Shown here in pieces: positions 19,308 through 30,507 of a DNA stretch of 64,000 bases. This DNA comes from an uncultured bacterium (GTDB lineage Bacteria; Patescibacteriota; Microgenomatia; UBA1400; PJMF01): assembly GCA_903842795.1 (NCBI GenBank), contig CAIMNJ010000013.1:5302-69301 (forward strand), written 5' to 3'. Each line of letters opens with the position of its first letter. Within the stretch, counting starts at the first letter, position 1. The notes under the pieces were generated by a model. It saw only the letters and a list, made by a program, of their open reading frames with translations, ran no database searches and had not been told where the DNA came from. The position numbers were made by a program, and so were the translations under genes.

Positions 19308-21026
19308 ATGAGAAATTATTTACTTCTTTTTTTAATTGTTATTTTTTTTGCTTATCCAAAAAATGTTTTTGCACAAATTTTTTTCAATGATGATTTTTCA
19401 AATGATTTAAATAAATGGACTTTAGTAAGTGGCGAAATAAGCTATTGGCAAATAAAAAATCAAGCTTTGTATGGCTATATTTTTCCTCCTCAGCACGAAA
19501 GTGTTTTAGTGCCAAAGGATGAGCTATGGCAAGGTATGACTGAATATACAGTTGATTTTATTTTCAAAGCTTTTGATGGTGCCGACAAAAACTTTGTTGT
19601 TGGTATGAGAAATTCTGCTAATTTTTATGATTTTCATTTTTATAACAATCAATTAATTGTGGAGGATATTCGTGATAGTTTTTCTTTACAACTCATGTCA
19701 GTGCCTTTCATTTTGCAATTAAATAGAGACTATGCAATGCATATTAATTATTCAAAAGATAAAATTGAACTATTGATTGATGGGGTCAAAATTTTTTCTA
19801 CTGATAGTTTGTGGCAACCGCCAATACATGGTGGAAAGTTTGGTTTAAAAATAACAACAGGCTCATTTTGGGGTTCGCAAGTTTTTTTTGATCAGCTCGA
19901 AATAAAAGAGCTGAGTTCAAGTGTCATATTTTTCAAACAGAATGATCCAAAGTGGAGTAATTTAATTTATGATCATGCTGATTTATGGAGTACCCAACCA
20001 TTTATGGCTAATTGGGCTTGTGCTGTTAGTTCAGCAGCTATGATGTTGCGTGTTTATGGTTATGGTGCTTTGCCAGATGGAACAGAAATCAATCCTTGGA
20101 CGATCAATCTTTGGCTAATGAATCAGGAAGATGGTTATATAGCTGAAGGTTTAGTTAACTGGCTAGCTATTAGTAGATTGTCAAAAATTTTGAGTGATCA
20201 AAAAAATAATCTTTTACCAAAATTAGAGTTTAATTATTTTAAAGGTAGTGAAAGCGAAAATTTATCTACTTTGCAAAATAATTTGGAAGGCAATGAGGTG
20301 CAAATAGCTGCTATTCCTGGACATTTTTTCTTAGTTACTGATTATCTAGTAGAACAAAATGATTTTTCTATCAAAGACCCTCTTTATGAATATGACTTGT
20401 TATCTTTGCGACCAGAAAAAATAGAATCTTTGCGTCTTTTTAAACCCAGTCAGACAGATTTAAGTTATTTATTATTAGTTTTGCCAAAAGAATCTATTTT
20501 TTCTTTAACTGATGAGAATGGTGAAAATATTAATGATATCAAAGTAGTAACAGAAGAAATTTTTTCTTTATCAGAAAAAATTGGTGAAAATTATAAATTA
20601 ATTTATTATCAAAAACCAAAAAATGGACAAATCAATCTTTTATTAAATGCTGGCAACTATAATCAGGAAATGATAAATAAGATCAAGTTTTTCTTTTACC
20701 AACAAAACGGGACAATGCAATTGGTTGATTTGAATAGAATTTTAGACAAAAACCAAGATTTGGAAAAAGTAAATGAATTCTTATTTAAAATAAACTTTTC
20801 TAAAGAAAACCAAAGTCAAATAACTTTGGAAGTAATTGAAAAGACAATCGATGAGCAGAGAATGGCCGCGTTAAATAGTGCGGCCATTAAGTCAGAATTA
20901 GATTTCCAAAGTGGAAAAATTAGTTTTTATCTTTTTTATCAGCTAAATTTGTTAATTGATTCTTTGCGGGAGCATTTAGATTATTTCTTTTTGCTGCAAA
21001 AATTTTTAGACTTTCATCAGCTATAA
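19308..21026 (+). CDS. Secreted protein with lectin/LamG-like beta domain and C39-like cysteine peptidase domain
   Basis: Signal peptide, FNDDFS..L.KW start, FKQNDPKW...ACAVSSAAM (Gln/Cys), GHFFLV (His), IKDP (Asp). Confidence 0.7.
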   Translation: MRNYLLLFLIVIFFAYPKNVFAQIFFNDDFSNDLNKWTLVSGEISYWQIKNQALYGYIFPPQHESVLVPKDELWQGMTEYTVDFIFKAFDGADKNFVVGMRNSANFYDFHFYNNQLIVEDIRDSFSLQLMSVPFILQLNRDYAMHINYSKDKIELLIDGVKIFSTDSLWQPPIHGGKFGLKITTGSFWGSQVFFDQLEIKELSSSVIFFKQNDPKWSNLIYDHADLWSTQPFMANWACAVSSAAMMLRVYGYGALPDGTEINPWTINLWLMNQEDGYIAEGLVNWLAISRLSKILSDQKNNLLPKLEFNYFKGSESENLSTLQNNLEGNEVQIAAIPGHFFLVTDYLVEQNDFSIKDPLYEYDLLSLRPEKIESLRLFKPSQTDLSYLLLVLPKESIFSLTDENGENINDIKVVTEEIFSLSEKIGENYKLIYYQKPKNGQINLLLNAGNYNQEMINKIKFFFYQQNGTMQLVDLNRILDKNQDLEKVNEFLFKINFSKENQSQITLEVIEKTIDEQRMAALNSAAIKSELDFQSGKISFYLFYQLNLLIDSLREHLDYFFLLQKFLDFHQL

Positions 21027-21033
21027 TAAGCCA

Positions 21034-22128
21034 ATGAACTTTTGGCAAGAAATTCTAGCGGAAAAAAAGATGATTTTAGCTCTATCTCCTATGGATGGAG
21101 TAAGTGATCATCCATTTCGTTATATTACCAAAAAATATGGAAAACCAGATTTGATTTTTAGTGAATTTGCCAATGTTGAAGGTATTTGTCGTAGTAGCTC
21201 CACGCGGATTTTGGATCATTTTGATTTTGACCCTAGTCAGCACCCATTTGTAGCACAAATTTTTGGCAAAACTCCAGCCTATTTTAAACAAGCAGCTGTT
21301 TTGTTATGTGAGCTTGGAGTTGATGGAGTTGATGTTAACATGGGTTGCCCAGCACCAACGGTTGCTAATAATGGCTCTGGGGCTGCTATTATCAAAAATC
21401 CTCTTCTAGCCAAAGAAATTATCAAAGCAGTTCAGGAAGGTATTAATGAATGGGCTAATGGTTTAGAACTAAAAGATTGTCCAGATTTTTCTATCAAAAT
21501 GATTCAGGCAGTAGCAGCCAAAAAAGCTAAATTTTCTTTGGCGAATGCCAATCGCCAAAAAGTTCCAACCGTTTCAGTCAAAACAAGAATTGGTTATCAC
21601 GAAGAAGAAATTGCAACATGGTTGCCACATTTACTTGAGATGCGGCTCGCCGCTATTTCTTTGCATGGTCGCACCCTCAAGCAGGGTTACTCCGGGAAGG
21701 CTGATTGGGCGGTGATCGGGCGAGCCGCAGAATTAGTCAAAAGCTCTGATCCAGCAGTTACTTTTTTAGGCAATGGTGATGTCAATTCTTACGAAGAGGC
21801 ATTAGCCAAAGTTTCTGAATTTGGTGTAGACGGAGTGTTAATTGGAAGAGCTAGCTTTGGCCAACCTCATGTTTTTTTACCACAGGAAGAACGAATAAAA
21901 TTTTTGGCAGAAAAAAATATTTTTCAAGTTGCTTTGGAACATGCTCAGCTTTATGAGCGAACCTATCCGGCGGCAGAAGATTACAGGTTTTTGCCAATGC
22001 GCAAACATCTTGCATGGTACACTAAGGGCATAGAAAATGCTGCTTCGATTAGAGCTGAACTGGTGCGTAGCAATAATTCAGCTGAGGTGGAAGAAATTTT
22101 AAGTAAGCAACATTTAATTGTCGATTAA
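21034..22128 (+). CDS. tRNA-dihydrouridine synthase (Dus family)
   Basis: LSPMDGVSD, VDVNMGCP, SVKTRIG, LHGRT, GNGDV, DGVLIGRA, MRKHLAWY. Confidence 0.93.
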   Translation: MNFWQEILAEKKMILALSPMDGVSDHPFRYITKKYGKPDLIFSEFANVEGICRSSSTRILDHFDFDPSQHPFVAQIFGKTPAYFKQAAVLLCELGVDGVDVNMGCPAPTVANNGSGAAIIKNPLLAKEIIKAVQEGINEWANGLELKDCPDFSIKMIQAVAAKKAKFSLANANRQKVPTVSVKTRIGYHEEEIATWLPHLLEMRLAAISLHGRTLKQGYSGKADWAVIGRAAELVKSSDPAVTFLGNGDVNSYEEALAKVSEFGVDGVLIGRASFGQPHVFLPQEERIKFLAEKNIFQVALEHAQLYERTYPAAEDYRFLPMRKHLAWYTKGIENAASIRAELVRSNNSAEVEEILSKQHLIVD

Positions 22129-22136
22129 AATAAAAA

Positions 22137-25100
22137 ATGACCAATTTTGAAGTTGAATATAAAAAGTTAAATCCGTTGCAACAAGCTGCGGTTGATCATG
22201 TTGAACAAGGTCCATTACTAATGATCGCTGGTCCTGGCACTGGTAAGACTCAAGTTTTATCTTTGCGCATTGCTAATATTTTAAAAAAAACTGACGCGAA
22301 ACCAGATACAATTTTGGCTTTGACTTTTACAGAAGCTGCAGCCAAAAATATGCGTGAGCGTCTGCTCAAAATTATTGGTAAAGATGCTTATTATGTAAAC
22401 ATCAATACTTTTCATTCTTTTTGTCGTCAGGTAATTGCTGATCATGCCGAGTATTTTCCTTTGCAAAAAGACAGTGAGCATCTTGGTGATTTAGATCGTT
22501 ACCAAATTTTTGAGAAATTATTAGATGAGTTGAAACCAGAGGCTTTACGTCCGCTTAATGATCAATATCTTTACGTTAAAGAAATTATTGGAGCTATTTC
22601 TGATCTCAAAAGAGAAGGTATTTCTATTTTGCAGTTCGAAGAAATGGTTAGAGCAGAAGAACAAGAACTTTTAGAATTTAAAGAGACTAGTAAAAATAAA
22701 AGCAAAATTGCCAGCTTTGAAAGTAAGTTTGCTAAGAACAAAAATTTACTTTTACTTTATCAAAGTTATCAGGAGCGTTTGAGAGAAGAAAATCGTTTTG
22801 ATTATGACGACATGATTAATTTTGTGGTGGATGCTTTTACTCAAAATGAACTTTTATTGCGTGAATACCAAGAAAATTTACATTACTTTTTGGTTGATGA
22901 ATATCAAGATACCAACTCTGCCCAGAATAAATTAATCAATTTATTAGTTTCTTATTGGGAAGAACAAGGAGGTGTGGCCGATCTTTTTGCTGTGGGCGAT
23001 CCAAATCAAGCGATTTATCGTTTTCAAGGTGCAAGTGTAGAAAATGTTTTGAGTTTTACTCGCAACTATCCAAATGCTACTGTGATTACTTTGGACACTG
23101 CTTATCGCTGTCCACAAAATATTTATGATTTGGCTACGCAAATCATTGCTTACAATAAATTATCCAAATTAAGTGAAACTGATAAAAAAATCCAATTAGT
23201 TACAGATCTAAAAAGTCCTAAAGGTTTTGGTGAAAAAATTAATTTTTTCAAAGCGCCTTCACAAATTTTAGAGGCTGTTTCAGTTGCCGAAAAAATTGCT
23301 CAATTGCAAAAAAATGGTACGCCTTTTTCTGAAATAGCGGTTTTATATCACAACCACAACGATGCTAAGGATTTGATTCAAGCTTTAGAAAAATGGCAGA
23401 TTCCTTATCAATTGAATAAAGGAAATGATGTTTTACTTAACTCTCATATAGAAGAATTACTCACCCTAATGACTTTAATTGTTAATATTAGGGAAGCCAA
23501 AGAAGTTGATTTGCTGTATAGAGTAATGAACTTTCCTTGGATCAAAATTGATTCTTTGTTACTCATGAAACTTTCTCGTGTAGCCGGTAAACTCAGATTG
23601 GATTTATACGATTTGATCAACAGAGGTTTGACTTTCATTAACCAAGAATTGCTTGGACAAGAAATTTCAGAACAGCAATTCGCAGAAGTAACTGCTTTGT
23701 TAGACAAATTGCGAGATTTTTCCAAAAGAGATCAAAGCATGACTTTTGGTCATTTTTTTGAAGCGCTTATTTCTGAAGATGGTTTTGCTTTCTTAGCTTA
23801 TCTCAAACAATTACCAGATAGTTTTGAACAGATAATCGTTTTAAATGCTTTATTTGCTGAAATCAAATCGATGTTGGATAAGAATCATCAGTTAAAGTTA
23901 GCTGATTTTCTTTTGCAAATTGATACTTACACACAGCACAAAATTAAAATTCAGAGTCAGAGTATGGTTGCAGACAAAAACGCTGTCTATCTTTCTACCG
24001 TTCACAGTGCCAAAGGCATGGAATGGGATCATGTTTTTTTGATTAATTTAATTGATAAAAAATGGGGCAATCAAAGGGATAAAAGCAAAATAAAATTGCC
24101 GGCTGGCATCATAAAAAATACTGATTTATCAGAAAAAGAACGCAATGAAGATGACCGCCGTCTTTTTTATGTGGCTCTAACTCGTGCTAGAAAACAATTG
24201 CACATTAGCTATCCAGAACAAATTATTGAAGATAATCAAACTAGCGACAAATTCCCCTCCATCTTTTTGACTGAAGTCAAAGAGATTGAAGACAAAACAA
24301 AAACCTCATTTTTATTGGAAAATAAAAATGAAGAAATTCTAGCAAAAACTGAATTTTATCTTGGTAAACTAATGGAGCCAGTTGCGAATCGTTCTTTTGC
24401 TACTGATGAGCGTGCCTACCTGAATTCTTTGGTCAAAGATTTTCAATTATCTACTACGGCGCTCGATTCTTATTTACGCGACCCACAAGAGTTTCTGGAA
24501 AAAAATTTGCTGCGTGTGCCAAAAGCTAAGCAAACATTTATGTCTTTTGGTACAGCTATTCACACAGCTTTAGAGCGTTTTTATAAATTAGAAAAACAAA
24601 CTAGCGCAGTACCAAAGCTAGAATTTTTATTGGCAGAATTTAAACTTGCACTACAAAAAGAAATTTTAAGCCAGAGTGATTTTGAAGATCGTCTCAAATA
24701 TGGCACAACAATTTTGACTAGTTATTACAGCGATCGCCTTATTTATCCAACCAATGTTTTTGATGTAGAAAGAAGTTTTGGTGGTAGCAGAAAAGTTTTG
24801 TTGGGAGACATTCAGCTTTCTGGCAAGATCGATCGCATCGATCTGATCGATGCTGATCGCGGACTACTCAGGGTTTGTGACTATAAAACTGGTAAGCCAA
24901 AAACTAGAGGAGCAATCGAATCAGCCAGTCCAACTTATCAAAAAAAATTTTCAGCAAGAGAATTGGCTTTACCAGAAACAATCCGCGGTGCATATAAAAG
25001 ACAATTGGTTTTTTATAAAATTTTATTGGATGGGGATAAAACCATCAATCCAAATTGGAAACTTAGTGAAGCTGTTTTTGAATTCGTAGAACCAAAGAAA

Positions 25101-25235
25101 AAAGGTGGGACTGAACACGCCACAGAAGCTTACAGCATCACGCAAGAAGAAGTAGCTGATCTTAAGCAACTAATCAAAGAAGTGATGGCCGAAATTCGCT
25201 CACTTAGTTTTCTGGATACAATTCCCGCAAAGTAA
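22137..25235 (+). CDS. UvrD/PcrA-type SF1 helicase fused to C-terminal PD-(D/E)XK nuclease
   Basis: AGPGTGKT, LTFTEAAA, VDEYQDTN, VGDPNQAIYRFQGA, STVHSAKGMEW, RRLFYVALTRA; C-terminal GTAIH, GKIDRID, DYKTG, QL.FY. Confidence 0.95.
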   Translation: MTNFEVEYKKLNPLQQAAVDHVEQGPLLMIAGPGTGKTQVLSLRIANILKKTDAKPDTILALTFTEAAAKNMRERLLKIIGKDAYYVNINTFHSFCRQVIADHAEYFPLQKDSEHLGDLDRYQIFEKLLDELKPEALRPLNDQYLYVKEIIGAISDLKREGISILQFEEMVRAEEQELLEFKETSKNKSKIASFESKFAKNKNLLLLYQSYQERLREENRFDYDDMINFVVDAFTQNELLLREYQENLHYFLVDEYQDTNSAQNKLINLLVSYWEEQGGVADLFAVGDPNQAIYRFQGASVENVLSFTRNYPNATVITLDTAYRCPQNIYDLATQIIAYNKLSKLSETDKKIQLVTDLKSPKGFGEKINFFKAPSQILEAVSVAEKIAQLQKNGTPFSEIAVLYHNHNDAKDLIQALEKWQIPYQLNKGNDVLLNSHIEELLTLMTLIVNIREAKEVDLLYRVMNFPWIKIDSLLLMKLSRVAGKLRLDLYDLINRGLTFINQELLGQEISEQQFAEVTALLDKLRDFSKRDQSMTFGHFFEALISEDGFAFLAYLKQLPDSFEQIIVLNALFAEIKSMLDKNHQLKLADFLLQIDTYTQHKIKIQSQSMVADKNAVYLSTVHSAKGMEWDHVFLINLIDKKWGNQRDKSKIKLPAGIIKNTDLSEKERNEDDRRLFYVALTRARKQLHISYPEQIIEDNQTSDKFPSIFLTEVKEIEDKTKTSFLLENKNEEILAKTEFYLGKLMEPVANRSFATDERAYLNSLVKDFQLSTTALDSYLRDPQEFLEKNLLRVPKAKQTFMSFGTAIHTALERFYKLEKQTSAVPKLEFLLAEFKLALQKEILSQSDFEDRLKYGTTILTSYYSDRLIYPTNVFDVERSFGGSRKVLLGDIQLSGKIDRIDLIDADRGLLRVCDYKTGKPKTRGAIESASPTYQKKFSARELALPETIRGAYKRQLVFYKILLDGDKTINPNWKLSEAVFEFVEPKKKGGTEHATEAYSITQEEVADLKQLIKEVMAEIRSLSFLDTIPAK

Positions 25236-25812
25236 CACTATCAATGTCCCTTTGAGAAATAATTAATTCTTCTTTGGGAAATGGCCATTGAATATTTAGG
25301 TCAGGATCAAAAATAGAAACTGCCAAATCATCTTTTTTATCTCTTTCGTGATAAAGCATATCTACGCCGTAGAGATAAAACATTGGGCCTTCGACCGCGC
25401 AAACAGAATTGCCAATTTTTTTACTAATGTAAAGACTCTCGCCCCATTCATTATTTGGATCAGCTACAAAGTCAAAATATTCTACGTTTTTATAAGTGGC
25501 AGAATCTGGGCGGACATCTGATAGTGCGCAAAAAGCGTGGCCTTGAATGATAGTGATTAATTTATTCCATCCTTCAGTGTGAATACCTCTCGCAATTTTA
25601 CTTTTAGAGACAGAGAGATTGACTTGTTTGATTTGAAAATCTGGATTTATTCCGGCTGCCTTAATTCTGTTTGGCTCTAAAATTTGTGAAAAGAAGCCTC
25701 TTTCATCAAGGAATTTTTTGTATTTAATGTAATAGAGACCATCAATTTTGGTTTTAAAAATATTCTCTGCAATTTCTAATTCTTTATTTGGAGTGTAGTA
25801 ATTGATTGCCAT
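25204..25812 (-). CDS. rfbC: dTDP-4-dehydrorhamnose 3,5-epimerase family protein
   Basis: DERGFF, QVNLSVS, RGIH, DVRPDSATY, DPDLNIQWP, S.RD; start placed at ATG 25812 to avoid overlap with the divergent gene. Confidence 0.85.
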   Translation of the reverse strand: MAINYYTPNKELEIAENIFKTKIDGLYYIKYKKFLDERGFFSQILEPNRIKAAGINPDFQIKQVNLSVSKSKIARGIHTEGWNKLITIIQGHAFCALSDVRPDSATYKNVEYFDFVADPNNEWGESLYISKKIGNSVCAVEGPMFYLYGVDMLYHERDKKDDLAVSIFDPDLNIQWPFPKEELIISQRDIDSVTLRELYPEN

Positions 25813-25862
25813 AATATTTTTTATACTACCATAAGCCTCGATCTTTAGTACAATGGGAAACC

Positions 25863-27071
25863 ATGTCAAATTCTTATTTACCCCCACAAAATATTATCAA
25901 TCAATACGCTAATGTTTTGGTTAATTTTGCTCTTAATTCTGGCAAAGGTGTTAAAAAAGGTGAAGTGGTGCAATGTGCTGTTCCTGATGTTGCTAAGCCA
26001 ATGGCTTTGGCTTTGCAAAACGCTATTTTGCGCGCTGGTGCCCACCCAATTATGCGCATTATTCCAACTGGCTTTGATAAAGATTTTTATACTTTGGCCA
26101 ATGATGAACAGCTCAAATTTTTTCCTCGCCAATTTTCCAAAGCCAAAGCCAATTTAATCGACCATCAAATTGGTATTATTGCTGAGCCAAATCCAACCGA
26201 ATTGTCTGAAGTTGATCCAAATAAAATCATGTTGGCACGCAATTCACAAAAGATTTATCGTGATTGGCTGACAGAAAAAGAAAACAAAGGCAAATTTACT
26301 TGGACTTTGGCACTTTGGGGTGTAGAAGCCAAAGCCAAAGAAGTTGGCCTTAGCCTCAAAGATTATTGGCAGCAAATCATTGACGCTTGTTTCTTGGAAG
26401 AAGCTGATCCAGTTGCTAAATGGAAAGAAATCGTCAAAACTCAGGAAAAAATCAAGAAAAAACTCAATGACATGAAAATAAAATATGTGCTTGTTAAGGG
26501 AGCTGATGTAGATCTGAAAATAAGAATTGGAGCTGACCGTATTTGGCAAGGTGGAGGAGGTCGAAATATTCCAAGTTTTGAAATTTTTACCTCTCCAGAT
26601 TGTCGAGATATCAATGGTTGGATTAAATTTAATGAGCCATTGTATCGTTATGGCAATATTATTCGTGATATTTACCTAAAAGTAGAAAAAGGCATTATCG
26701 TGGAAGCCAAAGCTACTACTGGCAATGAGTTTTTACAAACCATGCTCAAGACCAAAAATGCTAATAAATTTGGTGAATTTTCTATGACTGACAAACGTAT
26801 GTCTCATATTACTCACCCAATGGCAGAAACTCTTTTTGATGAAAACATTGGTGGTCGTTATGGCAATTCTCATTTGGCTGTTGGTATGGCTTATAAAGAC
26901 TGTTATCGAGGTGATCCAAGTAAGGTCAAAGCAGCAGAATGGAAAGCTATGGGTTTTAATGACAGTGCTGAGCATACAGATATGATGACTACCACCGATC
27001 GTACTATCACTGCCATTCTTCAAGATGACCAAGAAGTGCTGATTTACCAAGATGGTCAATTCGTGATCTAA
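25863..27071 (+). CDS. Aminopeptidase, M29 (AmpT/AmpS) family
   Basis: NIPSFEIFTSP, GEFS, TLFDENIGG, HLAVG.AY, NDSAEHTD. Confidence 0.93.
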   Translation: MSNSYLPPQNIINQYANVLVNFALNSGKGVKKGEVVQCAVPDVAKPMALALQNAILRAGAHPIMRIIPTGFDKDFYTLANDEQLKFFPRQFSKAKANLIDHQIGIIAEPNPTELSEVDPNKIMLARNSQKIYRDWLTEKENKGKFTWTLALWGVEAKAKEVGLSLKDYWQQIIDACFLEEADPVAKWKEIVKTQEKIKKKLNDMKIKYVLVKGADVDLKIRIGADRIWQGGGGRNIPSFEIFTSPDCRDINGWIKFNEPLYRYGNIIRDIYLKVEKGIIVEAKATTGNEFLQTMLKTKNANKFGEFSMTDKRMSHITHPMAETLFDENIGGRYGNSHLAVGMAYKDCYRGDPSKVKAAEWKAMGFNDSAEHTDMMTTTDRTITAILQDDQEVLIYQDGQFVI

Positions 27072-27090
27072 TGATTGTGAGAGGAAAATT

Positions 27091-28467
27091 ATGGAAAATA
27101 ATTTGCCAGAACAAAGTCCTGTAGTGCCAGCTATTGAAAATGCTTTGGAAGGAAAACCCATCGAGAACGTAGATTCAAGTTCCAACCAAATACCAAAAGC
27201 ACCAAAAAAATTTCCTCTTTTTCCTATCCTGACAGTTTTACTTATTGTTGGTGCTTTTGCTCTTGGTTATTCTCTCAACAAATCAAGCTTGCCAATTGCC
27301 AATGAAGAATCTATAAAAAATGAGACTTCTCCAACTGCGAGTGTGACTGTTGCTATCAAAAAAGAAATTAAACCACAACTATTTTTTGTTAAAGATCCAA
27401 ACCAAGATGTAAGTGATGATTTACAAGGTTGGCTGATTTCTCCAAATGATAAAAAATTAGAAAAAGTTGACTTACCAGCATTTTTATCAGCTTATAAATA
27501 TCCAACTAGTCAAAAAATTTTCTTCACTAAGTTTGCAAAAGATGGTAATACGGATGGAATGCTTTTCATTAAGGATCTAACTAGTGGTGAAATTAATCAA
27601 TTTGAACTCATAAAGCACCCAAATCCAGAAGCCAAAGAAAGTATTGCGATTAATACTTTGAACAGTATCGCCCCTGATGATTCAGCTCTAGTTTATAATG
27701 TTTCTTTTTTCAAGGATTGCCCACCCATCAGTATAGAACCTGGTTTTGAAGGAGGTTTTGGTCCATGTGAGCCAGATCCAGATCCAAATTATCCTGCTGG
27801 ATACTATTTTTATGATTTGATCAATAAAACCAATACTCATATTGACGACATAGTTATTCCAGCTGCTTGGGATTTAAAAAATGGTAAGTTTTATTACACC
27901 ACTTTGGAATATCAAAAAAATGGTTTGAAAGTGATTGACCTCAAAACTAAGCAAATTAGTATGGTAGACAAAGCTGAGACTTTTGGTTATGGTGGTTTTC
28001 CTTTGCTTAAATCAAAAATGATTGTCAAAATTGAAGGCCAAACAGGAGATGTTCCAGGACAAAAATCTTCTTCAGAATTGATATTACTTAATACTGAAAC
28101 CAAAGAGAAAAAAGTGATTGATAGTGGTCGTTGGGCAGAGATTCAACCGTTTGCGGCCATTTCTCCAGATGAAACTAAATTTCTCTATATTAGATCCAAG
28201 CTGGATAGTCAAAGCAGGGCAATTTACAGTTTATATGCTTATGATTTCAAAACTGGTATGACAAGGCAAGTTACTCCAGTTTCTACGACTAGCTCTTATT
28301 CAATTCACGGATCATGGTTGGACGATGATAATTTTGTTACCACAGTCAATGAAACGCCGACAAGTAATTACAATAGCACCAAGAATTATCTTGTCAAAAT
28401 TAATCTAGCCAATGATGAAGTGACTAAATTGACTGACGACAGCGTAATGAGATTTAATCAAAACTAA
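27091..28467 (+). CDS. Membrane-anchored TolB/beta-propeller-like surface protein
   Basis: Single N-terminal TM; repeated beta segments (SPDETKFLY, YDFKTG..RQVT, DLKTKQ). Confidence 0.6.
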   Translation: MENNLPEQSPVVPAIENALEGKPIENVDSSSNQIPKAPKKFPLFPILTVLLIVGAFALGYSLNKSSLPIANEESIKNETSPTASVTVAIKKEIKPQLFFVKDPNQDVSDDLQGWLISPNDKKLEKVDLPAFLSAYKYPTSQKIFFTKFAKDGNTDGMLFIKDLTSGEINQFELIKHPNPEAKESIAINTLNSIAPDDSALVYNVSFFKDCPPISIEPGFEGGFGPCEPDPDPNYPAGYYFYDLINKTNTHIDDIVIPAAWDLKNGKFYYTTLEYQKNGLKVIDLKTKQISMVDKAETFGYGGFPLLKSKMIVKIEGQTGDVPGQKSSSELILLNTETKEKKVIDSGRWAEIQPFAAISPDETKFLYIRSKLDSQSRAIYSLYAYDFKTGMTRQVTPVSTTSSYSIHGSWLDDDNFVTTVNETPTSNYNSTKNYLVKINLANDEVTKLTDDSVMRFNQN

Positions 28468-28503
28468 AGGGAAGAAAAACTATAAAGTGGTAAAATACAG
28501 CTC

Positions 28504-29280
28504 ATGATAATTAGCTCTGATCACCAATTAGAAAAATACAAAGAAATTGGCAAAAAATCTGCTGACATTTTGTGGCAATTATGGCAAGCAACTGTAGAAG
28601 GTGCTACTCCCACTGCCATTGATAAGCTAGCTGAGCGTCTTTGTCAGAAAAATGGCGTTATACCAGCCTTTAAAGGTGTTGGTTCTAAGAAAAATCCATA
28701 TCGCTATGTGACTTGTATTGGTGTTAACGATGGTGTGGTTCATGGAATTCCCACTGATATTCCTTTAGAAAAAGGCGACATTGTCAAAGTGGATTTTGGG
28801 ATTATTGATGAGGGTTTTTATACTGACCATTGTTTTACCAAATCTATTGGGGAGCCAAGTGAAGAAGACTTGCGTTTGATGAAAGTCGCTCGTCGCAGTG
28901 TTCAAGAGGCAGCTCGCAAAGCCATAGTTGGCAATCGTGTGGGTGATCTTGGTTACACGATGCAGAGCGTGGCAGAAAAAGCTGGCTTTAGTACGGTCAA
29001 AGAATATGTTGGTCATGGCATTGGTTTTACCATGCATGATGAACCGCAAATTCCAGCTTGGGGTCAAATTCGTAAAGGACTGACTCTGCGTCGTGGCGAA
29101 GTGCTTTGTATTGAGGCTCAGGTAATTGCTTCAGAAGATGATGGCGTATACATGGAAGAAGATGGTTGGACTATCAAGTCAACTTCTGGAGCCAAAGCAG
29201 CGATGTTTGAATACATGGTGGTAGTTCAAGAACATAAGCCAGTTTTTCTTACCCCAACTTTAGATTGGCCACTTTACTAG
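28504..29280 (+). CDS. map: Methionine aminopeptidase type I
   Basis: CIGVNDGVVHGIP, GDIVKVDFG, YTDH, GHGIG..MHDEP, CIE, DGWT, AMFE. Confidence 0.93.
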   Translation: MIISSDHQLEKYKEIGKKSADILWQLWQATVEGATPTAIDKLAERLCQKNGVIPAFKGVGSKKNPYRYVTCIGVNDGVVHGIPTDIPLEKGDIVKVDFGIIDEGFYTDHCFTKSIGEPSEEDLRLMKVARRSVQEAARKAIVGNRVGDLGYTMQSVAEKAGFSTVKEYVGHGIGFTMHDEPQIPAWGQIRKGLTLRRGEVLCIEAQVIASEDDGVYMEEDGWTIKSTSGAKAAMFEYMVVVQEHKPVFLTPTLDWPLY

Positions 29281-29384
29281 TTTTTAAATAGTTTCTTGTC
29301 AAGTTGATCAAATAGTATCATGCTTGTTTTAAGCCTGATTTGGTGTTTGCTTTTTTGATTTTGACTTGTATAATTATACATCTT

Positions 29385-30494
29385 ATGACCGACCAAGCCC
29401 CCCTCAAGAAAATACCCAAATCCCTTCAGGAAGATATAAAAGCCCTTATCAAATTAGCTAATTCTCGTGGCTACGTGACTCAAGATGAAATTCTCGATGT
29501 TTTCGTGGAGCCAGAAATTTATGTTGATGAGCTCGATGATCTTTATGATCGTTTTTTCAAGAAAAATATTGATATTTTTGAATCAGTTTCCCAAGATGAG
29601 AGTGCTGGTGATGAAGATGTTTTGAAACAAGAATTGGATGTTCTTGCCAATCTTGGTAGTGTTGGTGTGTCTGATCCAGTTAGAATGTACTTGAAAGAAA
29701 TTGGTCGTATTCCTTTGCTCAATCGTGAAGAAGAAATTCGTCTTGCTCAGGAAGTGGAAGCAGGCAGTGACAAAGCCAAAAAAGGCCTAATCGATGCCAA
29801 CTTGCGTTTGGTTGTGTCTATCGCCAAGAAATATATTGGTCGCGGCATGACTTTCTTGGACTTAATTCAGGAAGGCAATAAGGGTTTGATCCGTGCTGTA
29901 GAGAAATATGATTGGACCAAAGGTTTTAAGTTTTCTACTTATGCAACTTGGTGGATTCGTCAGGCCATTACTCGTTCGATTGCTGACCAGGCTCGTACGA
30001 TTCGTATTCCTGTTCACATGGTTGAGACGATCAATAAACTCATGCGTACTTCTCGTCGCTTAATGCAAGATCTTGGTCGCGAGCCAAGTCCAGAGGAAAT
30101 TGGTGAAAAAATGGATCTCGAACCAGATAAAGTGCGTGAAATTCTCAAGATTTCACAAAACACCACTTCTTTGGAAACTCCAGTTGGTGACGGTGAAGAT
30201 GATAGTACTTTGGGTGATTTCATTGCTGATGATAAACAAGACAGTCCTTATGACACCACCAGCAAGCAAATGCTTTCTGAAAATGTAGAAGAAGTGCTTA
30301 AGGCTCTTTCTGATCGTGAAGCCAAAGTTTTGCGTATGCGCTTTGGTTTAGCTGGTAATCGTACTATGACCTTGGAAGAAGTTGGTAAAGAATTTGGTGT
30401 TACTCGTGAGCGTATTCGTCAGATTGAAGCCAAGGCTTTGCGTAAACTCAAGCATCCAAGTAAGCGTAAGAAATTGCAAGACTTTTTAGAATAG
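29385..30494 (+). CDS. rpoD: RNA polymerase primary sigma factor
   Basis: [64 protein letters not shown]. Confidence 0.98.
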   Translation: MTDQAPLKKIPKSLQEDIKALIKLANSRGYVTQDEILDVFVEPEIYVDELDDLYDRFFKKNIDIFESVSQDESAGDEDVLKQELDVLANLGSVGVSDPVRMYLKEIGRIPLLNREEEIRLAQEVEAGSDKAKKGLIDANLRLVVSIAKKYIGRGMTFLDLIQEGNKGLIRAVEKYDWTKGFKFSTYATWWIRQAITRSIADQARTIRIPVHMVETINKLMRTSRRLMQDLGREPSPEEIGEKMDLEPDKVREILKISQNTTSLETPVGDGEDDSTLGDFIADDKQDSPYDTTSKQMLSENVEEVLKALSDREAKVLRMRFGLAGNRTMTLEEVGKEFGVTRERIRQIEAKALRKLKHPSKRKKLQDFLE

Positions 30495-30507
30495 TTTCTT
30501 ATTGTCT

